Positions 25,696 through 40,365 of a stretch of 64,000 bases of DNA are shown piece after piece (the first letter of the stretch is position 1; each line of letters opens with the position of its first letter). The notes beneath the pieces are model-generated. The model was not told the origin of the DNA. It saw nothing but the letters and a program-made list of their open reading frames with translations, and did no database searches. Source of the stretch: Octopus vulgaris (Eukaryota). Made by a program: the position numbers and the translations under genes. Location: positions 97,216,001-97,280,000 of the forward strand of contig OX597819.1 of NCBI GenBank assembly GCA_951406725.2, written 5' to 3'.

Positions 25696-28600
25696 AAATA
25701 GCTTAACATTTATGGCCCAACAGGAACATTTAAAACTGGAAACTTAAAACAAATTTACACATAGGAATATCTGTCCCTACTCTAATTACAAAATAAGTGT
25801 TGTAGTCCAGAGATTCTATCTAATATTTGGGGTTATAAAACCTTACAAAAACTATTGCTTTTATGAAAGTTACATTTTCCCACTTCACTTGGTTGTGGAA
25901 AACGATTAAATATTTTAAAAACCAATGAAACAATTCTTATTAACAAGACATAATTACATCTGAGGTTTGTTATAAATGAAAAAAAATTTCTGGCTTCAAA
26001 ACTTTATTGGAAACATTTATTATTGTCGATCACAACATAAATCGTGAATGAGATTAAAATGAAACGATTAATATTTAGTTTAAAATTGCGAGCACAGAAT
26101 AATAAGCGAGGATTGAAAAGAAATAGAAAAAGGTAGGAGGAGATGAGTCAAGAAGAAAAACCAAGACATACTAGATTTTAACATTAAAAAATGAGATCAG
26201 TATCAGTTGTCTCCCTTGCACTGATGAGCCCGACACGTTAAACCTAAGTGAAATTATTACAAAATGTAGAATCCTATAGTTGGCACCAGTTCACAGAAAT
26301 ACTGACAGCTGTAATTAATATGGCAGCATTAAGAGAAACTCCATAACACAGTAGGTACTGGATCGATTTCAGTTGTCAATAAACGCTGAGATATTGTTTC
26401 CTACAATATATCAATCCCAATACTAATTTTATGGCAGGATGTGAATTTTATGGCAGAATTTGAAGACAAAACCAAAGACTGCAAGTTTGGTCAAACAAGC
26501 TAGCGATTCTGCCATTTACCTGCCATATCATACATACACACACACTTATATAAATTCACCAAATGATTAGTGGTGTCTGGGGTGGGGTACTTTTAGTTCA
26601 CAAGAACTGATTGATACAAAACACAGAAGATACAGCAGATATTACTGGTCAGTTGTAGCAGCAAAAAAAATACTGTCTCAGTGACATAATATCAATAATA
26701 ATAATAATAATAATAATAATCCTTTCTGCTAGTTAGCTAATCACAAATAAACAAAACACTTGCTAATATATATGTGCATGCTATTTCACTGAGGTCGACT
26801 TTACCTTTCATCCTTTCAGGGTCAATAAAATAAGACCAGTTGATCACTGGGATCAATATAAGCAACTTACCCACTCCCCTGAAATTGCTGGCTTTGTGCC
26901 AAAACTTATAATCAATATATATATGTGCACACATGCGTACGGACACGTGTGTGCGTGTGTGTGATTACTATACACACATACACGCACACACCGATATCAT
27001 GGTAAATATAGAGCTGTAATTTCATCCCAAGGAAATTGCAAAACAGTACATCATCAGTAAATTCACCTTTAGTCTTTAGCACGCCTGTCATATCCACAGA
27101 AAAAGTGGGTTCACATTCCACAAGCAGCCTTTGACCTTTATCAATCTAAGGGAATTTTTTTACTCAATATTCTACATTTATAGCTTTATCTACTTCAAGT
27201 ATCACCATTAAAATGATTTATTTCATATTTCTAAATATTAAAATTTTTATTCACACAGGAAATAAATGTCAGATTTTCATTAATGATGAAATGAAATTTT
27301 TTCTTAGAGCCATTTAGTTGAACTTTATTTTCCTTAACTTTTAAATTGCCAGATAAAATATGTAGATATGATTTTCCAACTGAACCACCAGTAAAAATGT
27401 ACCCCAATTTTTTTTAAATGTTTAAATAATAAAATATTATGCCCTTCTTTCTTTCCAAATAATTGTAAAAAAAAAAAAATAGAGACACAATTCTTATTTA
27501 CATGTTGCCTCACTAAGTAAAATGTGTTATTAACACTGATTGCTACAGAAATATACTAATGTAGCCTTAATTAAATATATTTCAATTTAATTAAAAAGGG
27601 ATTAATGATAATAATAGACCTAGAGTAAATGATATTTCATTAATAAAGAAATTGAAACTGAAAGAGAAAAAGTTATTACTAAAAGAAACAATTTTAAAAA
27701 CAAAATCAAACAACAAAACTCAGTTAAAAATTTAAAACTATTTTAAATTGAAGGAAATATATTCTAGAACTAAAAATTGAAGAAAAATGTCTCTTAATCC
27801 ATATTTTGATTATTTGTAGGCTAAATTTCTCTTAATACACAGTTGCTAGAAGAGGCTTGTTAATAATGACATTTGCTACTGATGCTCAAAAAAGCAAAAA
27901 AAAAAACATGTTTAGTGATCCCATCACTACTAATAAAAAGCTTTTTGTCTACTGCTGATATACTTTTGTGATTTTGAACACTATGCATCTGTACGAGATG
28001 CTTTCTTGAGGCAAATACCACAGTTTCCATGCTTTCTATAGTATATTTGCATTAAGTATGATATATAAAATACTAATTTGACCTGATAATGCTACCATCA
28101 TTAATAATGAATATTTTTTATTTTGATTTATTGTGATGTGGGTTATATTAATGATATATTGTTTAATTATTACTCTGTTTCTTGATAGTTCTTCTTTCAG
28201 GCTTTCTAAAAATTTTCATTATCCTCCTTAAATGTCTGTGTTTCATGCTGGCATGGAATGTTTTGTCTCTGAATTTCTTTTTTTTTTTTATTGTTAATAA
28301 CAAATCAATATATTTATTTGCTTTACCAATAAAAACTTTTATGTTTAGAAATGTATTTACTCTGTAGATAACAATCATGATGTTGAATTTAACAATGATG
28401 GATGGGCTCACAATGAAATAACTAGTGATGGATTTTTAGCAAATCCAATATGACAGCATCTACATAGTTACTTGACTTTCTAAAAATAGCAGCTGACCTT
28501 CCTCAAGTTACTCTACCACTTAAGAAAAGATACATTGGGTTTTGTACTCCAAATTACATTATACCAAAGTTTGATGCTACACACAACCCATCATATGATA

Positions 28601-28854
28601 AATTACACACAGCAACTACCAACCATACAACAACCTATGTAACACAACATTATGTGTTACAAATGTCAACTGAATACAAAATAGATTCATTACTTTTATT
28701 TATGGTTCAAGGTCCAGGAGACCTTGTATAGCTAATTGTCATGAACCACATATATTAGGAAATGATTTCTGTAACACTGCATCATAGAAGAGTTTATTTC
28801 AATATGGTATGTCAAAATCAGGTCAAACTGGTAGAGTCCAATCCTCTCTAGAAA

Positions 28855-29083
28855 TTAACCCTTTTGTTACTGTACTTATTTTGAGATGCTCTGTGTTTCT
28901 TTCAATTATTTTAAATATAACAAAGAATTTAGTAAAATAACTCAGTTATCATTCAGCTAGTGTCAGGTATATAAATTGCGATTAAGGTTTGATGGAAGAT
29001 TTTAATGCAAAACTTATGAAAACAAGACATTTGTATTACAGAGCCAGAGCTGGTTTTGGCCGGGTTGGTAACGAAAGGGTTAA
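28855..29083. mobile_element. piggyBac-type MITE
   Basis: TTAA-CCCTTTTGTTAC...GTAACGAAAGGG-TTAA; same-family copies in opposite orientation at ~31431-31653 and ~46797-47023. Confidence 0.85.
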
Positions 29084-30739
29084 ACTCAGTACTTCAAGCT
29101 AAAAAATTATCAGCAATTATACAATATTGCCATTATTTATAGAAATGAGTTGCACCTTTCTATGATACTTATTTATAGATAGGGAGTCTTATGAAAGTAT
29201 CACATGAGTGGTGGTACATTTTATGCATTCATACTACTATCATTTCTAAAATGTAATACTGGTATTATATCAAAAAACACCGTTGTATTGAAAGACAAAG
29301 TACATTTCAGAAACCTGAAGCACTGTTGAGGGTCTACTTAGATGTTTTTCTACCTTCAGATTCATCTGGCAAAAAATCATTTGTTCAGGCTACATTTTAA
29401 AAAGATTAAAGAGCTAAACATGTGTAGTAAAGCAAATGAGACACTAGAAAAGCAATTGTGAGTCTAGGTACTGTTCTTAGTCAGTTATATTAGATTTGCA
29501 TGCCAGAATAACTTAACTGAACTAAAACACATTTAGATATACTATTCTGTCAACCAACCAGGCAGTTAAACTTCAAAGTGAAACAGATTATAAAGCCGAC
29601 TTTAATCTCAATAAAAGTGCAACAGAAACTATTGTGATTACATACCCCAATAATACTAACAGCACACTGGCAATGCATTATATTTAATTTATAACCTCAA
29701 TACAAATATTGTGAATATGCCTCAGTATATGCACTATATTTAATCAAACCAAATTTTAGTTTTATAGTCCAAGTGTTGTACTTACTGCCTGAAGTCAATG
29801 CAGATCAAGCAGAGCTATAATCAAAAGTATTCCAGTTATGACCATCCAGTCTTACTTTTTAGTGTACACTGAACTATATTATCTAATGTGCTCTTTTTTA
29901 AGTAGTAGGATGAGGTTTCTGGAAATTGTTAGCAAGTTAGGTGATCATGCAGAGTCCATCTTTGACTGTGGCCATGCTGGAGCACCACCTTTAGTTGAAC
30001 AAATTGACCCCAGAACTTATTCCTTGGAAGCCTAGTACTAAGTTGTGGTGCACCTGAGCACTGTATACAATAATTTCATTATTATTATTATCCTATTGGC
30101 ATAGTACTTATTCTTTTGCCAAACAACTAAGTATGATGGGCTTCTTTCAGTTTCCGTCTACCAAATCCAATACTCTTATCTACTGTATAACAATATTTGT
30201 ACGTAACTATACAAAATCATGTACAATAGCAAAATAGCATCTACAGTGTTACGTGCCCGTATTAAAATATTATACATAATATAGAGCAACTTCCCAACAA
30301 TCATAAAATATACTAATCTCCATTACACAACTATATTCTATCGCCATCATTTAATGTCCATCTTCCATGCTGCTACACGGTGGATGGTTTAACAGGATCC
30401 AACTAGCCAGAGGACAGCATTGAGCTCCAATGTTTGCAATGTTGTGGTTTCTACAGCCAGTTGCCCTTCCAAATGACAACCACTTTACAAAGTGTACTAG
30501 GCACTTTTTTTGTAGCATTGGCACCAGTGAGTTCACCAAGTAATCGCAAGACAACACCCTTTGACTGAGTAGGGGAAGTAGTAATGCTACAGCTATATTT
30601 TATGTTAACTGCTATTTATTCTTCATCTTATAATTAAGAAGGAAAGCAATGCTCATGAATCTCTATAGGGCCTTCAAATAGAATTGGAAGGATGGAGGAA
30701 GATATCCTCACAGTGGCGGTTTGGACCTAATGTTTGCAA

Positions 30740-30799
30740 CTTGGTGCTTTGGGTACCTTTAGCAGAGTGCACTCTGCTAAAAGTACTTGAGGTGCCAAG
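30740..30799 (+). repeat. 60-bp fold-back (inverted repeat)
   Basis: Perfect 24-bp palindrome TTTAGCAGAGTGCACTCTGCTAAA extended by 18-nt arms that pair on the + strand with six G:U pairs and one mismatch. Confidence 0.85.
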
Positions 30800-33700
30800 T
30801 GGTGGCGCTAAAATAGAAATTGGATTAAATCTACCAACCAAGTAAACCACACCAAGATACAAACTCAAATTACAAAGAGCTGAAACAAATATCACAAATC
30901 ATCAAGGTCTGATTGCCCACTCTAGTTTCACTAATCTACCATCCTAAGCATGTACTTTTTAACTTTACCTCAAAAAGATGAATGACAGAGCTAACCTCAG
31001 TAGAATATGAACTCAGTGCAAAGACAATCAGAACTTACACAAGGCATTCTATTCATGCTACAACAATGAATTATATGGAATATATGTAATTTTCTTTTTT
31101 TTTTTTTTTTACTTGTTAGCATGTCGTATCAAGCTCAATCTTACAAATATGATTTAACTATTTAACCATATATTTCTAAAGCTAATACACTACAGTTACA
31201 TTTGAATTATAATCAAGGTTTTATCGGTGTCTAATAAATATTTCAACTTTATATATTGGTAAATTATGTTGGTGTTAACCTTATCATATATTATAATGAG
31301 ATTTTGTTTGATATCTTAATTTAACTATGAATAGTTAGTGCAAGTAATCAAAGGCATGTTGGTGTTAAATAGATTAATCCAATTTAATTGGATTCAAAAT
31401 TGACTGATAAATTGAACCCAATAAAATTTATTAACTCTTGTGTTACCAACCCACTTGAGACCACCCCTGCTTCTATGTCACAAATTTACTGTTTCAAAGT
31501 GATCTAAATTAAAATCTTCCATCAAAATTTTAAAGTTAATTTGTTCCATACCCAAGCATAATGATAAAGTCATTTCATCAAATTCCTCATTATTTTTAAA
31601 ATTAAATGAAACAAAGGTGATATATTTCACATAATATAGTAATAAAAGGATTAAAGAACCTTTCACATAACTGAGTTGGGACAAAGTTTTGTTTTAAAGT
31701 AGAGATTAAAGAAATAATCCAGAGAATCAGGAAATGAGTAGAATCAGCAGGACATAAGTCTACGTTCAGACTTCAAATCTTGCCAGAGCTGATTTAATTC
31801 ATCATTAATATTTCTAGGATTGATAAAGTACCAGTCAAGTACTCGGTGAGATTTATACAACTGTGTTGTTCCCTATAATAAGACCTTGTACCAATGTTAA
31901 AAATCAATATCAAAGGGTTTGAACTTTTAAAAGTATATTTCTGTATCAGTATACAAATTTAATGAGCGTCTAGTTTTGTATAGAGTAGAAAGGATGACTA
32001 AACAAAACAAAAATACTAAATATGTTTGACTTCAATGTTCTGTTACACACACATATTGATTTTTCTCCATAGAAAAAAAATCAAAATATAATATTGTAAA
32101 TAATTGTAAGGCAAAAAATAAATATATTAATAATCCAGCAATGGACTATCTTAATAATCCAACAACACAATTTATGGTAACCTTGTATCGGGAAATTAAT
32201 TTTTCTGATATAAAGATTTACAAAATGTAATGATCTTTGAGATATTGATCTACTTCTTCATGTGAAACTAGGAAGAAAATTAAATTTACATTTAAATCAA
32301 TGGATACACACCACTGGATGTGATATGTTATTATGTATGAACAAGAACACACAAACTAGTTGAGAGAAACACTGGGTGTAAGAGGAATTAACTGTTGTGT
32401 ATAAGAGAGAAGACTGCATTGATAAAGATATGTAATGTGTATGGAGAATAACAGTTAAGTAAAGAAGTGCCAAGAGATCCATGTGGAAGGAAACATATGA
32501 ATACAAAGACCAAGGATAACAGAACACAAAGGAATGCAACAAGTGGTAAGATGCTGCACTCAAGAAGACACATCCAAACCATGCAAACATGGGGAGAAAG
32601 AGACAGACATAAAGCAATGACCTACTGAACACTAGACTTTAGAACAAGCCAATAAGAGAACCTGTAAGTGATTACTTAACCTACTAGAGATAGGAACCAA
32701 TTCACCCTCAAATCACACCCAGCCCTTTCCCAAAATGTATAAGAACATATTAGTTAATAACATCTCCTTAGAAGACTTCTAAACAGACGGGATGGTTACA
32801 ACTGAACTGCTTTTGACTACAGGTAAGTTTTATCAGAGTTAACCATGGGCTACATGACATCTATAACAACATATAAAACAATCTATATATAAGTATAAAA
32901 CAGTGCTAACTGTAGGATTTTGTCTCAAACTTCTTTGGAGATTTTGTGTGCTAAAACCAGAGTTCACACTGAGTGACATCAACAGACGTCAATATTTTGA
33001 CTTAATTTTGTCTCTTCAGGACAAGACTGGTCAACCAGAGCTTGGTTGGAACTTTTGTTCCTATAGAAATCAGCAAACAGAAGTTTCTCTGAGACAAATT
33101 CCAACAGCTAGTGTTGTCTTAAACATACATTTTGTTATTTTAATCTAATGGTGTTTCAAGTGCGTAAGTCTATTAAAGCCCAATTATATTTTAGTTTTAT
33201 ATTATTTTTTTATGCGGACATCACAGAGATATTAAAAAGATGACCTCATCAGAAGACATCCTGTTCCCTTAATAGACAAAGTAACCACTTGTGAAGGTTA
33301 ACAAACCTGTTTTCCAGTTAATAAAACATTTGAAGAAAAAAAAGCATGAATATCATAGCTTATCATTTCTGTTCTTTCACCTCTGAAATATAGGCGTGTG
33401 TGTGTGAATGTGTGTATAACAAAAGAAAAAAATATTGGAGTGGTCAGTTTGCTCATTTGATAAAGTACAGGATTAAATAGAAAAAGTTTAAAGAAGTAGG
33501 TTTAACTAAAAAGTATTTAGTCTGAGATTTAAAGTGGCAGTTTTACAGAGAATTTGGTTTCTCTTCCCACATTAGAATAAGCTAATAGAGGAAAACTCTA
33601 GAGGTATTGATTTATAGTTGTATTTTGTGGTAAGTCAATAATTGTGTTGCCATTTTAAAAGAATCAATTTTAACAAGGAAAAGAAAATACAAACTTAAAT

Positions 33701-34479
33701 CACTTACAACATAATATTTTTAAATTTTCAATTCAAAATTGCAACTAATTAAGATGAGCTTCTGAAAATTTTTCATTCATTAAACAAGCTTCTAAGACTT
33801 GTTAAAGTGAGCTTAATTTGGTGAAGATTCAGAATAACAAAGTGAATATTAAGAAGTAATTTTAATGACTACAAGATTAGGAGTTCAGACTTTCCTGTGG
33901 CCATAACAAAGGAACTTGAATAACTTATTTCATTCTATGTAATTCAGTACATATGCTTTATTACAGAGAGGTTAATGGCAGGGAAAAGGTTTCGTTTGTG
34001 CAAAAAAGCTGCAACAATTTATATGCAAATATCACTTTAAGATGTGAAACATCTATAAATCACTGCTCATTTTGCAGATGAAAAGAAAGAAAAATTAGAA
34101 CAGGGAACTGTAAAAAGACAAAAGTGGAGAAATTTATCTGGAAAAATTGTCTAAATATTTTTGATTCATCATAACAATTGTCAGGTTTTATCCCCAAAAT
34201 TTTATATTTATAGTTTTACAAAAGCTAAGCAAGTATTGATTAAGGGAAAAGGGAATGAACTTTACATGAAAACAATTTTCTGAAAGGTTATGCTTGTGTT
34301 TTTATGGAATTTACCAAAGTTTCAGTGACATCTTCCACTTACTCGGGTAGGAAATCTCTCTCTCTCTCTCTCTCTCTCTCACACTTCCTCATTCTTCTAG
34401 ATTAACCGAATGTCTTTACCATTCTTGGAGTTATGCCAGCTAACAGCAATTGTCCAACTAGCTCTAATCTTGAATTAAA

Positions 34480-35280
34480 GACACATATCTCACTTAGACT
34501 CTCCTCAAAGTTATTTAGCCATAAACCAGCCTTGACCATTATGTCTCTGTCACTTTCAAAACTTGGTCCAACTGTTTGCTGCTTCTGTAATTTCCTTTCT
34601 CTAGTACATCTTCTTCGCTATTGTAGCAGTCGACAATGATACTGCAGCATCCATCATTGTATATGACACCTTCCTGTATTACTTGATTCATTGTTTGAGT
34701 TATTGTCCTGTGCCCTATTTTGCCAGTATTTTGAATATCTTGGTGACTGGCTCAAATTGCCCTGCTTGTTTCTTTACTTTTATATCCCTTATTGCTCTTA
34801 TCTACCATATTGCTTTCATCCTTGATGCTTGATCTCTGTTAGGTCTACATAATACAGGCTCTCTTGCTTGCTCTCTCTCTCTCTCTCTCTTTCTCTCCCA
34901 TACATTCTCCACATTGAGTAGTCTCTCACAGTAGCAACTCAGTGCCATTAAGAGCAAGTACATCATTATCATTTCATATACACTTCTTGACTTTCTCTAC
35001 TACACAATCTAGCAACACTGAGCAGCTCATGCCTTTGATCCTCACATTGCAAAATATGAGCAAACCTCTTTTCTTCCTCACTTCTTGCTATGTATATCTA
35101 ATGTTTAGCTTCTTTTTTAATAGTTATTTGATATTTTTCTAAACTGCCTCCTATCTTTTCAAGACTGTCTTTTTGTTGTTGTGTCTACAGTATTGTACCA
35201 CCAGCAGGTCACTCTGTGTTTGGTTGGATCCTTCACCAGCCAAATTCAGGCACATTGCCTTCAGCATATTGATCTGTAAA
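34480..35280 (-). mobile_element. RTE LINE fragment, degraded
   Basis: Minus strand NQVIQEGVIYNDGCCSIIVDCYNSEEDVLEKGNYRS...DQVLKVTE, an RTE RT N-terminal signature. Confidence 0.7.
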
Positions 35281-36239
35281 AAATGACAGTTTCATTCTAT
35301 TCTATATGTCTATCTCTTTCTTTCCACAGTCATCAAAGTTAATTTATCAATCCACCAAATCAAAATTGTACTTATATTTCTCACCATCAACATACCAAGT
35401 TCTTAGTACAAATACTTTTGGTGACAAGTTCATAGTAATATTCATCTGTGTCTCAAGTAAAGTAACAAATATGTTTAAATAGAAATTTATTCAGGATATA
35501 AAATTAATCATGAAGACAGCAGTTTATGAAAAAAAGTGTTGCATCCACATTGATAAACTTAACAGTAGTACCAAAATAATCAAAAATTGGAAAGTAAGAA
35601 AGAAAATAGAATTTTAATTATACTGAATAATTTAGTGAGATCAACAACAGTTATTGTATTCATTAATTGTAACAGATTAACTATCTAATGGAAAGTAATT
35701 TCTATACATTATACATATCTCCCTCTTCCTTACTCAACCATCGCATCTGTGCTCTGATCCTTGTTACTTGTGAGTATACCCTGGCACTCCACCTTCTCTT
35801 TCCTGCTCTCTCTTACACTATTGCTGTTTCCCTCCCTCTCTCTCTCTCTCTTTCCCTTGCTCTTCTCTCTGGCTGGGTTGCCATGTATCTCATCTACAGC
35901 AGTACACCTATTTCTGCCCTCATTCTTGATCACTCTCTCTCTCTCTCCTTCTCTTGTTTTTGCTCTGACTAGATAACCAAGTCTCTCATTTACATTAGTA
36001 CAACTGTTTCTGTCCATTTTCTTGTACCTCTCTCTCACTGGGTAGCCATGTACCTCCCCTATAGCAAGACACCTATTTCTGCCTCTCTGTTTCTCTGTCA
36101 CACTCTAACCTTTCCTCCAATGCCCCTTCCGTTATAGCAAGACACCTGTTTCTGCCTCTCTGTTACACAAACCTTTCATCCTCTGACACAAGTTCCCTTC
36201 CTCAAATGCTCCTGCCTTCTCAAAATTCTTTATCTTGCA

Positions 36240-36545
36240 AGTTACTTGGTGACTCTGCCAGTGCTGGTGCCACATAAACAGCATCCAGTTCACAATGTGA
36301 TATGGTTAGCATTTGGAAGGACATCCAGCTGTAAAAATCATGCCAAAACTAACCTCACCTGTACTAGTGCCATGTAAAAAGCACTGAGTCCACTCTGCAG
36401 AGTGGTTGGTGTTAGGAAGGGCATCCAGCCATAAAAACCTTACCAAAACAGATAGTAGCTTAGGATGGTTTTCTACCTGGCCAGCTCCAGTCAACCATCC
36501 TATCCATGCATGCATGGAAGATGGATGTTAAACAATGATGATGAT
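36240..36545 (+). mobile_element. RTE-tailed SINE, with duplicated internal module
   Basis: CCAGTGCTGGTGCCACATAAA...GGAAGGGCATCCAGC...GCATGGAAGATGGATGTTAAACAATGATGATG. Confidence 0.7.
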
Positions 36546-37628
36546 AACAATATATCAGCTACATTCATCAACCAACTGGCTAGTTCAACATTAGATCATT
36601 TTAATCTGATAGGAAACCATGAATATAATACATGCAATTAGCAGGATATTTAGACTTTCAGAAAATATTAATATAAAACCAGCTTCAGTGTGTGTGGGTG
36701 AAGAATATTTTGTAAGGATTCTAATTAAAACATTTAAGATTATGGTACAAATGAATGATGGAGTGAGTCATTAACAGATTTAAGTAGAACCATTGATTGT
36801 GTAATTTAGAATTGGTAATCTTGAAGTATAACAATTCTTTGATGTGGAAATGTTAATCTTCAATGCTAATCCTTTATTAAACATATCAAACTAAAGCAAG
36901 AAAATAATTGCTTATGATAAAATTATCTTCTTTAGAAGTTCTGATTAAAAAAAAAATACAAAAGAATGGAGATATCTTTGACTTATTAACTGGAATTTTA
37001 CTAATAAAACAGAAGAATTATTTGATTTCTAGCTGTTTTGACAGCAGTTTCAGACCTTCAAACTTGATATTTAACTTACAAAGATGTTATAACACAGAAC
37101 AGTTAATTTTACCCAATAGTTGATTAATACAGTAAATTCATGGTTAAACAGCTGCTATTACTAACTAATATTCTAATGTTGCACATGACTTCAAAAGACA
37201 TTTTTGTAGGCAGCAAACAGTTTGTTGGGTATACAGATTTACATGAAATAATATATACAGGCAGTGTGCTGTTGTTGATTAACTCCAGTTCAACTTTGAT
37301 CAAAAGCATTCCAACTATGACTATCCCATCTTTTGAAGAGTATATAAAATCACAATAAGACTACATTATCTAATGCGTCCTTTCCTTAAGAAAGTAGGGC
37401 ATGATCTAAAGAAGACTTGACAGTCAATTCCAAATTGAGCAACTATACAGAGGTTCTTCATCAGCCCATATGTTACTTGTGGTCCAGATAGGAATGAGAA
37501 AATTCATTCTCAGTATTCTAAACTATCAAATAACACAATTTGTTTGTTTAGTATTCAAATCATAGTTACTCTAATTTCGTGAGCCCATTAACCCAACGAT
37601 TACATCTTAAGTTATGAAAAGTCCAGAG

Positions 37629-38160
37629 CAGGGGTGGGGAAACTTTTTAGTGCAGCAGGCAAAAATTTCCAAAGATAAAGGTCCATGGGCAGATCACAAG
37701 TTCTAACTCTTATATTTGTGTAAATCTTGTATATAATCTATGTATAATTCAATACACATTAATAAGGATAAGTTTAGCACATTAAATTAATGTGTAACAT
37801 CTTCATTAATGCTGCCACTGAATTTAGAATGCTTATATTACTTATGAGGTATTCTTTATTTTTCAGCTAGAGTGTAGTTAGGTCTCAAGGGGGTGGTACA
37901 AACCTAGCAATATGTGTTTTATAGTGAAACAAAATTTCCATTCAAATGGCAATTAAAAGATGATTTTCTGTTCGAATCTAACCGTTTTAAGTCATAGTAG
38001 AAACATGACCTATGTTTCAAATAGGCATACAAATAGTGTATAAATTTTAGAATTGAAAAATTTACTATATTCTGCACATACGAGTATACCAGCCTGTGGG
38101 TGCAATAAAATGGGCTCACGGGCATAATTGTGCCCACAAGCAAGTGTTTCCCCATCTCTG
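37629..38160. mobile_element. hAT (Charlie-like) non-autonomous DNA transposon
   Basis: TIRs CAGGGGTGGGGAAAC / GTTTCCCCATCTCTG and 8-bp TSD GTCCAGAG / GTCTAGAG (NTCTAGAN preference). Confidence 0.85.
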
Positions 38161-40190
38161 GTCTAGAGAGAGTTTGATTAACGTGAATTTATGTAACAAC
38201 AATTCATTTTTCATATATTTTCCTCTTTAATTGTTTAACTAACATAATAAATAGGGAAGATATTCTGTTCTCTTTAATAGTCACAAGACAGTGATTTCCA
38301 TTGTTAGAAAACAGAACTATTAAATAATTCCAAAAGAAAAGTCCAAGACACTGACACCCAACAAAAACTATAGCATTTAATATACCACAAGAATTCTACC
38401 AACATGATAGTTGCAAACATCCTAAATCACAAGATTTTAATCCAAGATTTAATAAATTTGGATACACTTGATAAACACCTGACAGAAACAATCACTTAAG
38501 TAAATTATAAAAATCATTGTAATCTTTACACAAACAAGCTATACAAATGTGAACAGACATGTCATATACTTCTGTTGACTTAGAGTAGGCACAACAATGG
38601 GCCTACTACATACTCCCTTAATAAGAGGTTTGTGTGACATTATTCTGTTGTTCAATCTTTCAATAGCTGAGGTCACTAACAGTCACACTCCAAATAATAC
38701 AAGGGATGTACATTTATTTAGGGCACAACATAGTAACAACTAACAACTGAAAAGCTAGAAAACACACACACACACACACGCGCGCGCGCAGTATCACCAG
38801 TATCACACAGATTAACATAAACTCAATTCTAACTAAAATATTTTAAATAAGAGGACAACTACAATGAGTGACTGTGGAAAAATTATACCAAGGTTACCAA
38901 TTAATAAAATTGTGCATCTCATAAGAGTGAAGGTAAACACTTGACAACCCAAATTCACAACCCAAGTTCAAATATTGGTTGAAGCAATTTTCACCTCACA
39001 TCATTAACAGATTTCGAAAAAAGAATGAATATTTCTAGAATTATCAATCATTACATCTACTTCAAGAATGAAACAAAATTTCATCCATACACTATGGCAC
39101 TGTCATACAAATTCAAAGAAAAATAAAATGGGAAATACTACAGGTGAAGACTGATTTGTTAGAGATGTTTGAAATCTGTATAACACAACAGACATACAGA
39201 TTTCAGTCAACTCTGCATGTGTAAATTAAATTTTTATTAAATACATTGGTAAACAATTGTCTGTTTATACAACCTCACCCTAGACAGAAGGAGAGGGTTC
39301 AGCTAGACCAGTTTCAATCTTTACTGAAACTTCATCAACAACTGACAACTTATCTCAAACTGTACAAACAAACAAAAGCATACACAATATCATCATCATT
39401 GTTTTAACGTCTGCTTTTCCATTCTTTTATGGGCCAAACAGAATTTATTGAGGCAAATTTTCTACAGCTACATACCTTTCTTGTCTCCAACCCTCACTTG
39501 TTTCCAAGTAAAGTAATATTACCTCATGACTAGACATGCTTTCAAAGAAGATTGCAAATGAGAGATATTGCTTGTAGGTCAATGACATCCATTTACAACT
39601 ATCATGTGACTTATCTTAAGTAAAGGCAGAGAAACCGTCTCACTCACACACACACACACACACATGTATAGAAGGCATCTTTCAGTTTCTACCAACCAAA
39701 TCCACTCACAAAGCTTTGGTCAGACCAGACATATAGTAGAAGACACTCACTCACCCAAGGTGCCATGCAGTGAGACTGAACCCAAGATCATGTGGTTAGG
39801 AAGCCATACACAGCCATACCTGTACCTATATTTCTCAAATATTAAGTTGAGGAATTCAACATAACTTATTATTCTGAGTTTCCCATTGAGAGTAGTCTTC
39901 AGGTAAAAACTACAGTAAGCCTAGTGAAGCTATGTGAAAACCCACTAGTATATAAAGCTGATGTTGTGTCAGCATAAATAGACATAACACTGTTGATAAA
40001 AATGGATGATAGCAAGAGAAAACAAATATAGAATTATTTGTACAACTTATAGAACAATTTGTCTTATTTAAAATTGACATTTTAGTTAGCCATGGGCAAG
40101 ATAACAAAAAATATATATTACGAAAGATAGTGGCAGTAATTAACACTGTCAACAAATAGTAACAAAGCAACAACACCAAACATAACTTAC

Positions 40191-40266
40191 CACTGTAAAT
40201 TGGTTGAAATGATGTTAGACCATTTCAGATCAGTGGAGGAGAACGAAATCAAATTTGTGCACTTAC
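40191..40266 (-). other. Candidate 76-nt exon / recursive-splicing exon
   Basis: Minus strand CTAAT branch-like motif, TCTTTCTTTCTCTTTTGCAG acceptor immediately followed by GTAAGT; exon closes at CAGTG|GTAAGT; only one frame open (KCTNLISFSSTDLKWSNIISTNLQ). Confidence 0.6.
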
Positions 40267-40365
40267 CTGCAAAAGAGAAAGAAAGATTCATTAGATTACA
40301 TACTAGTGTATGTTCTTGCATTTAGTAAAATAACTTCAGTTACCCAATCATACAAATATATACAT

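Noticed and set aside
26219-26262. CTGATGA...GAAA hammerhead candidate
   Set aside because: Stems I and II do not pair convincingly.
32805-32828. Plus-strand CAG|GTAAGT as a recursive site
   Set aside because: Weak pyrimidine tract and lies in a degenerate interspersed repeat.
34012-34030. Sox + octamer composite (AACAAT..ATGCAAAT)
   Set aside because: Non-canonical spacing and orientation; expected by chance in AT-rich DNA.
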